Shown: piece by piece, positions 38,818-47,968 of the stretch
Layout: the number at the start of each line of letters is the position of its first letter
How positions within the stretch are numbered: position 1 is the first letter of the stretch
Notes under the pieces: model-generated
What the model was told of the DNA's origin: nothing
What the model saw: the letters and a program-made list of their open reading frames with translations, nothing else
Database searches by the model: none
Position numbers and translations under genes: made by a program
Virus record (IMG/VR): IMGVR_UViG_3300047393_000100
Length of the DNA stretch: 64,000 bases
DNA from: a virus
Taxonomy: Duplodnaviria > Heunggongvirae > Uroviricota > Caudoviricetes
Reading direction: 5' to 3' (one strand)

Positions 38818-39410
38818 TGCTGATTGCACCTCCTACTGGTTCTTATGAATTAGAACTTTATATACAATGGTTAAAGAAACATAACCTTACATGCAATATA
38901 TTAACGCCTGACGTTACCAAAATAGATCAACCATTATTATTATGTGGAGGAGCAGATGTCGGTATAAATAAAAGGAGAGATAGGTTAGAATTTAATTGGA
39001 TACGAAGTGCTATTGAAAATGGACAACCTATAATTGGAGTGTGTAGGGGAATGCAACTCTTGAACGTTTATTTTGGAGGAATAGTAAAAAGTTTAAATGA
39101 AACTATTACCGAATCACATAGATTAGATTCATTTGAAGACGATGATGACCACGGCAAGAGAGTTTCACAATACCATTTGGTAAAGGATCTTGATGGAAAC
39201 CAAATAATGGTTAATAGCAGACACCATCAATATTGTTATAAGATTGCAAAGAATTTTAAAGTAACATATACATCAATTGATGGTGGAAATATACCAGAGG
39301 CGTTTGAAGATAGGTCACGTGGTATTTATGCAGTTCAATGGCATCCTGAAAGATTTGAGTCTGATAATAATATGATTCCATTAAACTTTTTAAATGAAAC
39401 AAATATTTAA
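38817..39410 (+). CDS. class I glutamine amidotransferase-like protein (peptidase C26 / gamma-glutamyl hydrolase type)
   Basis: GVCRGMQLLN nucleophile elbow and a downstream His (VQWHPE). Confidence 0.6.
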   Translation: MLIAPPTGSYELELYIQWLKKHNLTCNILTPDVTKIDQPLLLCGGADVGINKRRDRLEFNWIRSAIENGQPIIGVCRGMQLLNVYFGGIVKSLNETITESHRLDSFEDDDDHGKRVSQYHLVKDLDGNQIMVNSRHHQYCYKIAKNFKVTYTSIDGGNIPEAFEDRSRGIYAVQWHPERFESDNNMIPLNFLNETNI

Positions 39411-39427
39411 TATCTAATAAAATAAAC

Positions 39428-39670
39428 ATGGAAGAGCAAGGTACATTATTAGAAGAGGCAAGTTTTAGATTCTCACAAGATGCCAATTGTCTGTCAGATG
39501 CAGATGATTATGAATTCTTAGAAATAGAAACACGTTCAAGTTTAGGAATTGATAGAGATGAAGATTGCTTCTTTATATTAAAGACACAAAAATGGTCAGT
39601 CGATTCAATCGAAGATCTTGAAAAACTATTTAATCGAATTAAAAAAGTAATTGAAAATGTCAGTAAATAA
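39428..39670 (+). CDS. hypothetical acidic protein
   Basis: ORF. Confidence 0.4.
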   Translation: MEEQGTLLEEASFRFSQDANCLSDADDYEFLEIETRSSLGIDRDEDCFFILKTQKWSVDSIEDLEKLFNRIKKVIENVSK

Positions 39671-39899
39671 AAAAGTTACAATAGTTGGTGATGAATTTAG
39701 AACTAACCTATTATCATTAACTGAAGGAGGATCTACTGTTGAAGTACATTATGTAAACAGAGTTAAAGTTTATACTAATGTAAAAAATACAACAGCATAT
39801 ATTAACGCAATTAAATTAAAGAATGAAACAATTAATGAAAAGATTGTAGAGGTTTATATTAATGGTGTAAAAACAAAACATGTATGGCCAAAAGAGTAG
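39651..39899 (+). CDS. hypothetical protein
   Basis: ORF. Confidence 0.4.
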   Translation: MKMSVNKKVTIVGDEFRTNLLSLTEGGSTVEVHYVNRVKVYTNVKNTTAYINAIKLKNETINEKIVEVYINGVKTKHVWPKE

Positions 39900-40093
39900 T
39901 ATCAACAACAGTTTGCACAAATTGCTTAGATGAATTTGTAACAAAGGAAATGTACACTGTCGTTAGAAAATCACACAGAGGAGTTCCAGATAATAATGAA
40001 GAATATTATACACCATATTGTGAGGAATGTATAAAAGATACAAGTTTTTATTTAAGAATATTAAAAGAACCTACTCCATTACAAAAGAAATAG
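39884..40093 (+). CDS. small zinc-binding protein
   Basis: CTNC...CEEC. Confidence 0.4.
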   Translation: MAKRVVSTTVCTNCLDEFVTKEMYTVVRKSHRGVPDNNEEYYTPYCEECIKDTSFYLRILKEPTPLQKK

Positions 40094-40289
40094 ATATATA
40101 AAAACAAAGCATATACTATGGAATTTATAATTGGATTAGTAATTATTACAGGAATTGTAATTTACTTAAAAACTAGAAAAAGCAAAGCAAATAATAATAC
40201 AAATTATTATAATTATTAAAAATAAATGAAACTTTTTTGTTTAGACTTATATAAATATAGTAATTAATTAATATTTAAAACAAACAAAA

Positions 40290-40451
40290 ATGGAAGATTT
40301 ATTAAACCAAATCGTAGCAGCAGTTGATTCAGTAAGAGAAGACGCAGCTAAATTTGAAGAAAAAGGAAATGGTGCTGCTGGAACTAGGGTTCGTAAGGCA
40401 ATGCAAACTATTAAGACCCTTGCACAGGATGTAAGAGTTCAAGTATCTGAG
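40290..40451 (+). CDS. small Ala/Lys-rich protein (possible nucleoid-associated)
   Basis: 53-aa ORF preceded by a variant box TTTAAAACAAACAAAA; not in the ORF track. Confidence 0.35.
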
Positions 40452-40713
40452 GCTAAAAAAGTCTAATTGATTTAAAAAACTGTTCGAGTAGGCATTAAGA
40501 CTTATTCACTCTAATGCTAAAGTGGTGGACTCCATATAAAGATAAAGGTTACTAATCAAAAACGACATTGAATAGTTCTGATACTGGACTTGAGATTAGC
40601 GCGGTTAAATTCCGAAGTGATATAAGTTTTAAATGGGATAGGCTAGTTTCTTATATTGCAAATTTTTAAATGATATATATTATCGATGTTCTTATACATA
40701 TTAAATTATTAAA

Positions 40714-40853
40714 GGTTCCTTACAGCAATTAAATTCTATAAGGAAACAGAAGTCGAAAGACGTTGTAGGTTCGAGTCCTACCTCTCCAACAAATATTAAA
40801 TTATTTGGAGAGTGGAGGAATTGGTATACTCATCTGTCAAAGAAAACGGAACC
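40714..40853 (+). ncRNA. circularly permuted / split tRNA-like element
   Basis: The 3' half (40746-40789) comprises anticodon-stem 3' strand ACAGA, a variable hairpin, T-arm GTAGG-TTCGAGT-CCTAC and 3' acceptor strand CTCTCCA. After a 17-nt linker comes the 5' half (40806-40837): acceptor TGGAGAG, which is the perfect complement, then TG, a D-arm GAG..CTC, and anticodon-stem 5' strand TCTGT, the perfect complement of ACAGA. Flanking GGTTCC (40714) pairs with GGAACC (40848). Confidence 0.4.
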
Positions 40854-40860
40854 TGTATTT

Positions 40861-40933
40861 GGGGCTATGGTGAAATTGGTTATCACGCTGCCCTTGCACG
40901 GCTGTATTCAGAGTTCGAATCTCTGTAGCTCCA
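40861..40933 (+). tRNA. tRNA-Ala (anticodon TGC)
   Basis: Acceptor GGGGCTA/TAGCTCC carrying the G3:U70 Ala identity pair. D-arm GTGA-AATTGGTTA-TCAC, anticodon loop CTTGCAC, T-arm CAGAG-TTCGAAT-CTCTG; 73 nt. Confidence 0.8.
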
Positions 40934-41017
40934 CTCTATTTTTAAAGGATACGTTCAGCAAATTAAAAAACTTGATCTGTAAATTCAACAAAAAGTTATC
41001 CTGTAAAATATTAAAAT

Positions 41018-41103
41018 GCTCGGGTGGTGAAACTGGTAGACACGCTGGACTTAAAATCCAGTTGACAGCAATGTCAGTGCGGGTTCGATTCCCGCCCCGA
41101 GTA
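41018..41103 (+). tRNA. tRNA-Leu (anticodon TAA), type II
   Basis: Acceptor GCTCGGG/CCCGAGT, anticodon arm CTGGA-CTTAAAA-TCCAG, long variable arm TGACA..TGTCA, T-arm GCGGG-TTCGATT-CCCGC; 86 nt. ORFs 40867..41109(+) and 40908..41165(-) overlap it and are spurious. Confidence 0.8.
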
Positions 41104-41111
41104 CTATAAAT

Positions 41112-41196
41112 GGAAGATTGGCAGAGTGGTCGATCGCGGCAGTCTTGAAAACTGTTGTACTGCAAGGTACCGTAGGTTCGAATCCTACATCTTCCG
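41112..41196 (+). tRNA. tRNA-Ser (anticodon TGA), type II
   Basis: Acceptor GGAAGAT/ATCTTCC, anticodon arm GCAGT-CTTGAAA-ACTGT, variable arm GTAC-TGCAAG-GTAC, T-arm GTAGG-TTCGAAT-CCTAC; 85 nt. Confidence 0.7.
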
Positions 41197-41331
41197 CCTT
41201 TTTCAATTTATTAATAAAAAAAAGTAAATTGAAGTTAAGTCTTTAGAATAAGACATTAAAGAATTCAAATGTTGGAATGTTAATTATTCCTAAAATTACT
41301 ATAAAGGTGATGTTAGTAACCTTCCAACAAT

Positions 41332-41402
41332 GGGCTGTTCGTTTAGAGGCAAGACGCGAGACTCCGACACTTGAAAGATGGGTTCGATTCCCATACGGTC
41401 CA
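41332..41402 (+). tRNA. tRNA-Arg (anticodon CCG)
   Basis: Acceptor GGGCTGT/ACGGTCC with two G-U pairs, D-arm GTTT-AGAGGCA-AGAC, anticodon loop CTCCGAC, T-arm ATGGG-TTCGATT-CCCAT; 71 nt. Confidence 0.6.
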
Positions 41403-41570
41403 CAAAATTAATAATGTCTTCGATATTCTGTTGTATTTTCATGAACTACAATAGAGTATGTTAGGTTGAAATGCCTTGCTACCGCCAAGAGTTAAGGCTT
41501 TTAAAGTCTGGGCTACGAACAGTCGGAGTCAATATTGAAAATATTATTAATCTTATTAAACTATTTAAAA

Positions 41571-41837
41571 ATGAATGAAGTAGCAGTAACAGTATTACCA
41601 CATCCCATAACGACTTTTATCTTAGGGGCCTTAATTTTCTCAATGGCATTTATCTTTATGGAATTTAAAAGGCTTGTCGCGGAGACAAAGACATTTAATA
41701 TTCTACTTAAAAAATTAGAAGAACATTGTGACAAAATGGAAATCAGCTTTGACAATAAATTGGACGAAGTTTCAAGAAAGGTAGATTCAAGAGTTGATAA
41801 AGCTATTTCTGTTGCTAGAAGAAAAATAGATAAATAG
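41571..41837 (+). CDS. membrane plus coiled-coil hypothetical protein inside the tRNA cluster
   Basis: ORF 41535..41837; the more likely start is MNEVAVT at 41571. The coding status of a gene inside a tRNA array is uncertain. Confidence 0.35.
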   Translation: MNEVAVTVLPHPITTFILGALIFSMAFIFMEFKRLVAETKTFNILLKKLEEHCDKMEISFDNKLDEVSRKVDSRVDKAISVARRKIDK

Positions 41838-41844
41838 TTAAATT

Positions 41845-41916
41845 GGTCCATTCGTTCAACGGTTAGGATGCTACCCTGTCACGGTAGCGATGAGAGTTCG
41901 ATTCTCTCATGGACCG
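41845..41916 (+). tRNA. tRNA-Asp (anticodon GTC)
   Basis: Acceptor GGTCCAT/ATGGACC, anticodon arm CTACC-CTGTCAC-GGTAG, T-arm GAGAG-TTCGATT-CTCTC; 72 nt. Confidence 0.8.
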
Positions 41917-42083
41917 CTTCTTAAAACCGAATCACGTTAAGGTAGTAGTAGTCTCGTGCGGTAACGATGAAACAGTCGTTGAGTCTTTTAGAACAAGACA
42001 TAAAAGAATTCGAAACCTTAGAAGTAATTCTTAAAACTATCAATGAAGGTGATATCGGTGACCTTCTAATCCACACAAAAATG

Positions 42084-42105
42084 GGGCTTCGGTCCCATTT
42101 TTTTA
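42084..42105 (+). terminator. Rho-independent terminator closing the tRNA cluster
   Basis: GGGGC-UUCG-GUCCC stem-loop followed by T7. Confidence 0.7.
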
Positions 42106-42152
42106 TGAAACAAACTCTCTACTTTTAATATAAATACTAAAATCATATTAAC

Positions 42153-42578
42153 ATGAAAGATATATTACTATTTTGGCCTCGATTCTTTAATGAGGCATGG
42201 ATTACAAGAAAATACTACAATGCAGTTAAAGGTATTGAAAAAGAATTAAATAAATCTAATTTAAGAATTGATTGGATTGGTAGAATTTATGGTGTTGTAG
42301 AAATCAAAGAAGAATTTAGAACACAACCTGAAATGATACAGCAATCAATGGTATTTCAGGAATTAGGACCAATTAACGAAATTCTAATGAAATATGGTTT
42401 ATCTGATTTATCATATCCTGAAATAAGTAAAATTCCAGAAACAAACCAATTTCTTGTAGTTTTATATCCTGAAAATGATTACTTCAATACAATTTCTTTC
42501 TTAAGAAATATCATTTTCTTAGGTATATTATTCGGTGCTAGTTTTTTAGTAAATGAGTTAATTAACTTATTTGTATGA
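42153..42578 (+). CDS. hypothetical protein with C-terminal TM helix
   Basis: ORF. Confidence 0.45.
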   Translation: MKDILLFWPRFFNEAWITRKYYNAVKGIEKELNKSNLRIDWIGRIYGVVEIKEEFRTQPEMIQQSMVFQELGPINEILMKYGLSDLSYPEISKIPETNQFLVVLYPENDYFNTISFLRNIIFLGILFGASFLVNELINLFV

Positions 42579-43318
42579 ATGAACGCATAGAACGTGTTGA
42601 AGTCAATGGATTAAGACATTACAAGGTTACTGTTGATGGCGAGATTATAGGAGTCTTTCCAAGTATGACAACGATTCTTGGTGAAACAAAGGAAAAAGGT
42701 GGATTTGATGAATGGCGAAATAAAGTAGGTCATGAAGAGGCAGATAGAATCTCAAATCTATCAATGAATCGAGGTACAATTATGCATAGACTTATTGAAT
42801 TGTATAAAGGTATTAAGGGTACTCCAGCTGAACGTTTGCTAGAGTTGAAGAATATTGCATCAACCGATAAAGAGGTCAATCAATTTAACAAGGATCCATT
42901 AGGAGATGAATGGTTAAAGGCAGGGTGGGAATTCTTTATGAAGTTTTGGAATCACCCTGTTGAATTTTTCGATAGAATCGAGGAGGTACTTGCCGCTGAA
43001 AGATTTATATGGTCAAAAAGAGGTTATGCTGGCACACTTGATAATGTATCTAATACATTTGATAGAGGAGTACTTATCATTGATTATAAGAATAGTAGAA
43101 AGCCAAAGAAAGACGAGTGGATAGAAGATTATTTCTGTCAAGTTGCAGGTTATTCTGTTGCATATTATGAAAGAACTGGAATAGTTCCACAGGGTTGCGA
43201 AATATGGATGGCAAATGAAGTAGAAGACAAACCACAGATATTTAAAATGACATACGATGATATGAAATACTATTTTAAAGAATTTATGAAACGATTAAGA
43301 CAATACAATGAGAAATAA
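42575..43318 (+). CDS. PD-(D/E)XK family nuclease (Cas4/RecB-like fold)
   Basis: GTLD...IIDYKNSRK resembles the D..(D/E)xK core. Confidence 0.5.
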   Translation: MNERIERVEVNGLRHYKVTVDGEIIGVFPSMTTILGETKEKGGFDEWRNKVGHEEADRISNLSMNRGTIMHRLIELYKGIKGTPAERLLELKNIASTDKEVNQFNKDPLGDEWLKAGWEFFMKFWNHPVEFFDRIEEVLAAERFIWSKRGYAGTLDNVSNTFDRGVLIIDYKNSRKPKKDEWIEDYFCQVAGYSVAYYERTGIVPQGCEIWMANEVEDKPQIFKMTYDDMKYYFKEFMKRLRQYNEK

Positions 43319-43961
43319 AACAGAAGATACATGGCAAATCTTGAGAATTCAAGGTGAATTTACAAAAGGATTTGATATATTTAGTGAACTTGATGCATGC
43401 ATCTCAGTATTTGGAAGCGCAAGAACAGAAGTTGATAGTAAATGGTATGAAGAAGCTAGAAAGTTTGGTTCATTAATTTGTGGAGAAGGATTTGGTGTAA
43501 TTACAGGAGGAGGTCCAGGTATTATGCAAGCTGCAAATCAAGGTGCAAAGGAATCTGGAGGTAAATCAATTGGAATTGGAATTGAATTACCATTCGAAAA
43601 TGGCATGAATCCATACGTAGATCTTGGCGTTGAAAATAGATATTTTTTTACACGAAAGGTAATGTTCCTTAAATATTCACAAGGATTTGTAGTATTTCCA
43701 GGTGGTTTAGGAACTCTTGATGAATTCTTTGAGGCAGTTACCCTCGCACAGTGTGGCCACAATATTAAATATCCAATAGTATTAGTTGGTAAGGATTATT
43801 GGACAGGACTAATAGATTGGTTAAAAAATGTTGCAGTTGAAAATGGAATGATCAGTGAAAAGGATTTAAATCTTTTTAGAATAGTAGACACTGCATCAGA
43901 TGCCAGAGATAAAATAGTAGAATATCATAACAAATATAAAACTAGCGAAACTAATTTCTAA
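43308..43961 (+). CDS. LOG family protein (TIGR00730; cytokinin riboside 5'-monophosphate phosphoribohydrolase-like)
   Basis: GGGPGIMQAANQGA and PGGLGTLDEFFE motifs, both diagnostic of LOG proteins. Confidence 0.7.
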   Translation: MRNKTEDTWQILRIQGEFTKGFDIFSELDACISVFGSARTEVDSKWYEEARKFGSLICGEGFGVITGGGPGIMQAANQGAKESGGKSIGIGIELPFENGMNPYVDLGVENRYFFTRKVMFLKYSQGFVVFPGGLGTLDEFFEAVTLAQCGHNIKYPIVLVGKDYWTGLIDWLKNVAVENGMISEKDLNLFRIVDTASDARDKIVEYHNKYKTSETNF

Positions 43962-44298
43962 AATAATTAACCCAAGAAAATAGTTTACGAGATTTTAAAT
44001 AGTCAGGATTTGATTGATTCTCGTAAGCTTCTTTTTCGAATGAAATATTATAGTAAGATTTCTTAGTAGATCCATATATAAAGATACCAATAAACCATTC
44101 AAATAAATATAAAATATAGAATGGAATTACTAATAGTTCTTGTTGTTGCTTGATATGAATACTTTCATGATTAATTACAATCCAATTCTTATTCGGTCTA
44201 ATAATTACAAATGGCCAAATAGTTATACCTCCAACTCGCATAAACCAACTTATAGAGTTTAGGAATGATTCTGATTTAATTATAATAGGTGTTTTCAT
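43951..44298 (-). CDS. small membrane-associated HExxH metallopeptidase-like protein
   Basis: The only sizeable minus-strand ORF; it fills an otherwise empty 397-bp + strand gap. Contains HESIH and a downstream Glu (FEKEAYENQ). Confidence 0.45.
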   Translation of the reverse strand: MKTPIIIKSESFLNSISWFMRVGGITIWPFVIIRPNKNWIVINHESIHIKQQQELLVIPFYILYLFEWFIGIFIYGSTKKSYYNISFEKEAYENQSNPDYLKSRKLFSWVNYFRN

Positions 44299-44358
44299 AT
44301 TGTATATATTTGAAACTATTTTTAAAAATAAAATATAATTTTAAACTAAATAAATTAA

Positions 44359-45444
44359 ATGAAAGCAAATAAAAAATTTCTGTACAATTACTTAAATGCA
44401 TTTTCGCCAGTTGCACAAGAACAAGAGGGCCAAAGGATATGGGTAGATTATATTAGTCAATTTGCTGATACAGTAAAGACGGATGCATACGGAACCGCAT
44501 ATGGAGTACTTAATCGTAAGACAAAAGCAGGAGATGGCATTAAAATTACAACACACAAGGTAGTTATCGAAGCACATTGTGACGAAATCGCATGGATTAT
44601 TACACATATCGAAAGTGATGGAATGATCAGAGTTAAAAGGCATGGAGGTTCAGATAATATGATTGCTCCTTCTAAAACAGTAATGATTCATACACATGAT
44701 GGCAAAAAATTACGTGGTCTTTTTGGATGGCCAGCAATTCATACTCGTGCCGAATATACATCAAAGGGATATGAGCAACAAGAACTATGGGTAGATATGG
44801 GACTTGCTGACAAAGAAGCAGTTGATAAGGCAGGTGTTGAAATCGGAAATCTAATTACATTTGATACTCAATTAGAAGAAATTGGAGACTATTATGTAGG
44901 TCGTTCATTGGATAATAAGATTGGTGGTTATATCATTGCAGAAGCACTTAGAGAGATTGTAGAGCAAAAAATAAACCTTCCATATGATTTATATGTAGTT
45001 AATTCAGTACAAGAAGAGGTTGGCTTACATGGTGCCAAGTTAATAGCAAAAACATTAAAGGCAGATTTGGCATTGGTGCATGACGTTTGCCATAATACGA
45101 ATACTCCTAAAATTGATAAAGCAAAAGATGGAGATAATAAAGGAGGAGCTGGACCATGTTTGGAATATACTGCACAAAACCACAGAGAAATTAATAAAAT
45201 GTTAAGAGAAGTTGCAAAGGAATCTAATATTCCAGTTCAATTAACAGTAGGATCTATGGGTAATGATACAATGGCATTCTTTCTAGAAGGTACACCGACC
45301 GCTATTTTAGCAACTCCATTAAAATATATGCATACTACTTGCGAAATGGCTCATCGCCGAGACGTAAAATATGCAATCAAATTATTTGTCGAGTTCTTAA
45401 AGGCTTTAACACCTGAAAAAATTGATGCTATTAATAGAGCTTAA
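44359..45444 (+). CDS. M42 family metallopeptidase (glutamyl aminopeptidase / FrvX-like)
   Basis: HCDEIAWIITHIESDGMIRVKRHGG and a downstream D..EE..G motif. Confidence 0.65.
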   Translation: MKANKKFLYNYLNAFSPVAQEQEGQRIWVDYISQFADTVKTDAYGTAYGVLNRKTKAGDGIKITTHKVVIEAHCDEIAWIITHIESDGMIRVKRHGGSDNMIAPSKTVMIHTHDGKKLRGLFGWPAIHTRAEYTSKGYEQQELWVDMGLADKEAVDKAGVEIGNLITFDTQLEEIGDYYVGRSLDNKIGGYIIAEALREIVEQKINLPYDLYVVNSVQEEVGLHGAKLIAKTLKADLALVHDVCHNTNTPKIDKAKDGDNKGGAGPCLEYTAQNHREINKMLREVAKESNIPVQLTVGSMGNDTMAFFLEGTPTAILATPLKYMHTTCEMAHRRDVKYAIKLFVEFLKALTPEKIDAINRA

Positions 45445-45446
45445 TT

Positions 45447-46121
45447 ATGATAACTTTTATAATTCCAACACTCTGGAAATCAGATAGAATCAACGATACC
45501 ATAAATTCATTTAATAGATGCAGTAATCCAGATATTGAATTAATAATAATCGATAATACAAATTCAGATTATGTATCAAATGATAAAAGGATTAAGGTTA
45601 TAAAACAGAAACAAAATATCTTTGTAAATCCAGCATGGAATTTAGGAGTATCTATGTCACATAATAAATATGTGTGTATTGTCAATGATGACATTTCTCT
45701 TAATATAAATGTATTACTTAATAATTTAGATAATTTTATAGAAACAGATCCAAACTTTGGTATTATAGGTTGCAATGAAAATAACATACGAAAATACAAA
45801 GATACCAACAGCGATACTGATGTTTTGTCTCTGATTGAATTAGATATTAGAACATATGGATTTGGTTGCATGATGATTTTAAATAAAAATAATTATATAG
45901 AAATCCCTGACTGTTTTAAGATATTTTACGGAGATGACTATCTATATTATTACAATAAAAATATTTTTAATAGAAGCATTTATAGTATAGAAAATTTAAG
46001 TACTCCTGGTGAAATTTCAGTCACTAGTATAGATTTTGAAAAAGATTACATACAGAAAGAGGATAAATATTGGCAAGATGAAATTATCAAGTTAAATGAT
46101 AAAATAAACAGGAATATATAA
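45447..46121 (+). CDS. family 2 glycosyltransferase
   Basis: IIPT...LIIIDN...VNDDI (DxD) layout. Confidence 0.55.
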   Translation: MITFIIPTLWKSDRINDTINSFNRCSNPDIELIIIDNTNSDYVSNDKRIKVIKQKQNIFVNPAWNLGVSMSHNKYVCIVNDDISLNINVLLNNLDNFIETDPNFGIIGCNENNIRKYKDTNSDTDVLSLIELDIRTYGFGCMMILNKNNYIEIPDCFKIFYGDDYLYYYNKNIFNRSIYSIENLSTPGEISVTSIDFEKDYIQKEDKYWQDEIIKLNDKINRNI

Positions 46122-46151
46122 TAGCAATAAACACTTAAAAACAAACAAATT

Positions 46152-46439
46152 ATGGAAAAAATAAATATTTTTTTATTAAAACATGGTACTAAATTAATTT
46201 TAGCATTTATAATTTTAACTTGGTTAAAAACATGTTCAATCGATTCAGAAGTTTCAACTCTTAAAAAAGAGGCTCGTATTGAAAAAATCGTAATCGATTC
46301 ATTGCCATCTGCTACTGAGATTAAAATCGAAGGATTAAAGGTTGAAAAAAGAATGATTCAGGCAACTGACAGAAAAATGTTAGATGTGCAAAGACAAACT
46401 CAAATTGAAAAAGAAATAAAAGAATTAGAATCCAAATAA
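46152..46439 (+). CDS. small membrane protein
   Basis: N-terminal TM; lies before the lysis-like genes. Confidence 0.4.
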   Translation: MEKINIFLLKHGTKLILAFIILTWLKTCSIDSEVSTLKKEARIEKIVIDSLPSATEIKIEGLKVEKRMIQATDRKMLDVQRQTQIEKEIKELESK

Positions 46440-46654
46440 TGGCTATTGAAAAAAGATCCCAAGGATTTGGTGATGATGTTGCTAAGTTTGCTAAATTAAT
46501 TAAAGCAGATAAGGTTGCAGACGAAATAGCAAAGAAACTTGGTTATAGCGGATGCGGTTGTGGAGAAAGACAAGAATCTCTAAATGATCCAGACCTTTTA
46601 ATCAATAAAGTATTTTATAAAAATAAAGAAGAAGATGAAAACATCAAAGAGTAA
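46439..46654 (+). CDS. hypothetical protein
   Basis: ORF. Confidence 0.4.
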   Translation: MAIEKRSQGFGDDVAKFAKLIKADKVADEIAKKLGYSGCGCGERQESLNDPDLLINKVFYKNKEEDENIKE

Positions 46655-47150
46655 ATTAGTTAATACGTTTATAATTGGAACATTTGTGTCACTTTATTTG
46701 CTTGTGAGTGTTATCTCAACTATCCACGTAATTGACTTTTTTAAATTGTCAAACCCAGAATGGTTGGCTATTTCATTAGCAATTGGGTTTGAGGTTGGAG
46801 CTGCGGCATCGTTAGCCGCATTGATAACCTTAGATAAAATGAACAAAACATTGGTATGGGCATTATTTATTACAATTACATTAATGCAAATGCAAGGAAA
46901 TATGTATTACGCGTTTATCAACCTAAAGGAATATAACGGATGGGTAGAGTTATTTAATCTTATTGAATGGGAACCTCTTGCACAAAAAAGATTATTAGCA
47001 GCAGTTTCAGGCGCTATTTTACCATTGGTTGCATTAGGATTTATTAAATCTCTAGTAGATTATATTAAACCAGAGACTGAGGCGGATGATATTAATATAA
47101 ATGACCTTGATGTAATTGCAGAGGAGATTAACCATCCAAAAAAAAAGTAA
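46635..47150 (+). CDS. multi-pass membrane protein (holin-like candidate)
   Basis: Four predicted TM helices, about 2 kb upstream of the amidase. Confidence 0.4.
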   Translation: MKTSKSKLVNTFIIGTFVSLYLLVSVISTIHVIDFFKLSNPEWLAISLAIGFEVGAAASLAALITLDKMNKTLVWALFITITLMQMQGNMYYAFINLKEYNGWVELFNLIEWEPLAQKRLLAAVSGAILPLVALGFIKSLVDYIKPETEADDININDLDVIAEEINHPKKK

Positions 47151-47176
47151 TTAGCGTAGAAGAACAAATTGAATCA

Positions 47177-47533
47177 ATGCGAGATGTAGTTGATTCATAT
47201 GATACTCTAGATGAAGAAATTACAGATTGGAATGCAACTTTAATGGATGGCTTAGAAGAAGAGGATCCAATTGAATATGACATCATTTCGACGGATGAAA
47301 AGGAACCAGAAATTAAAACAATAATTATCGAAAAACCGATTGAGGTTATCAGAGAAGTTCCAGTAGAAGTTATCAAAGAGGTTATCAGAGAAGTTCCAGT
47401 TGAAAAAGGTATTTTAAATACTATTAATACTTTAAGTTCTTCAGCAGTAGGAGGAACTAAAGGACCTTTATACAATTTTAGAACAAGAGTCTCACCTGAT
47501 GACGATAAGAATAGAAGTATTAGTCAAGATTAA
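47177..47533 (+). CDS. acidic protein with tandem EVIREVPVE repeats
   Basis: An in-frame ~24-bp tandem DNA repeat. Chosen over the antisense ORF 47128..47475(-). Confidence 0.45.
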   Translation: MRDVVDSYDTLDEEITDWNATLMDGLEEEDPIEYDIISTDEKEPEIKTIIIEKPIEVIREVPVEVIKEVIREVPVEKGILNTINTLSSSAVGGTKGPLYNFRTRVSPDDDKNRSISQD

Positions 47534-47548
47534 CTTTAACATAGAAAT

Positions 47549-47968
47549 ATGAGTGAATTAATAATTGGAAAGGTTAGATTAAAAAACCAATACATAAGTA
47601 AAAAAATTGAAGCAGGGACCCTTAAACAGGTCCTTAATTCAACATATCACACTGCATATAGACTTTATTTAATTACAAATGGAATTAAAGAACTACAGGA
47701 TTTTGCAAATATTAATAGTGAAGAATATTTATTAACATCATATATTAAAACTGAATGTGGATTTGCCGGAGAAGCAAAGGATCAGATTTGGGCAATTACA
47801 CATCTACAACCATTACTAAGAAAAACACCAAAATATATTTTAAGATGTGAACTTATACATCTTAAAACAAATAAGGTTATTTATAAATGTGTTCTAGAAC
47901 ATAAACAGCAAACTGTTATATACAACCAAATACAAGAATGCATTGATAATTTAAAAGAAATAATATGA
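47549..47968 (+). CDS. hypothetical protein
   Basis: ORF. Confidence 0.45.
   Translation: MSELIIGKVRLKNQYISKKIEAGTLKQVLNSTYHTAYRLYLITNGIKELQDFANINSEEYLLTSYIKTECGFAGEAKDQIWAITHLQPLLRKTPKYILRCELIHLKTNKVIYKCVLEHKQQTVIYNQIQECIDNLKEII

Noticed and set aside
40867-41165. ORFs 40867..41109(+) and 40908..41165(-).
   Set aside because: They lie entirely over tRNA-Ala, tRNA-Leu and tRNA-Ser genes and are spurious.
47128-47475. Minus-strand S/T-rich ORF opposite the EVIREVPVE repeat protein.
   Set aside because: It is a mirror product of the same tandem repeat. The + strand ORF matches the genome-wide orientation.
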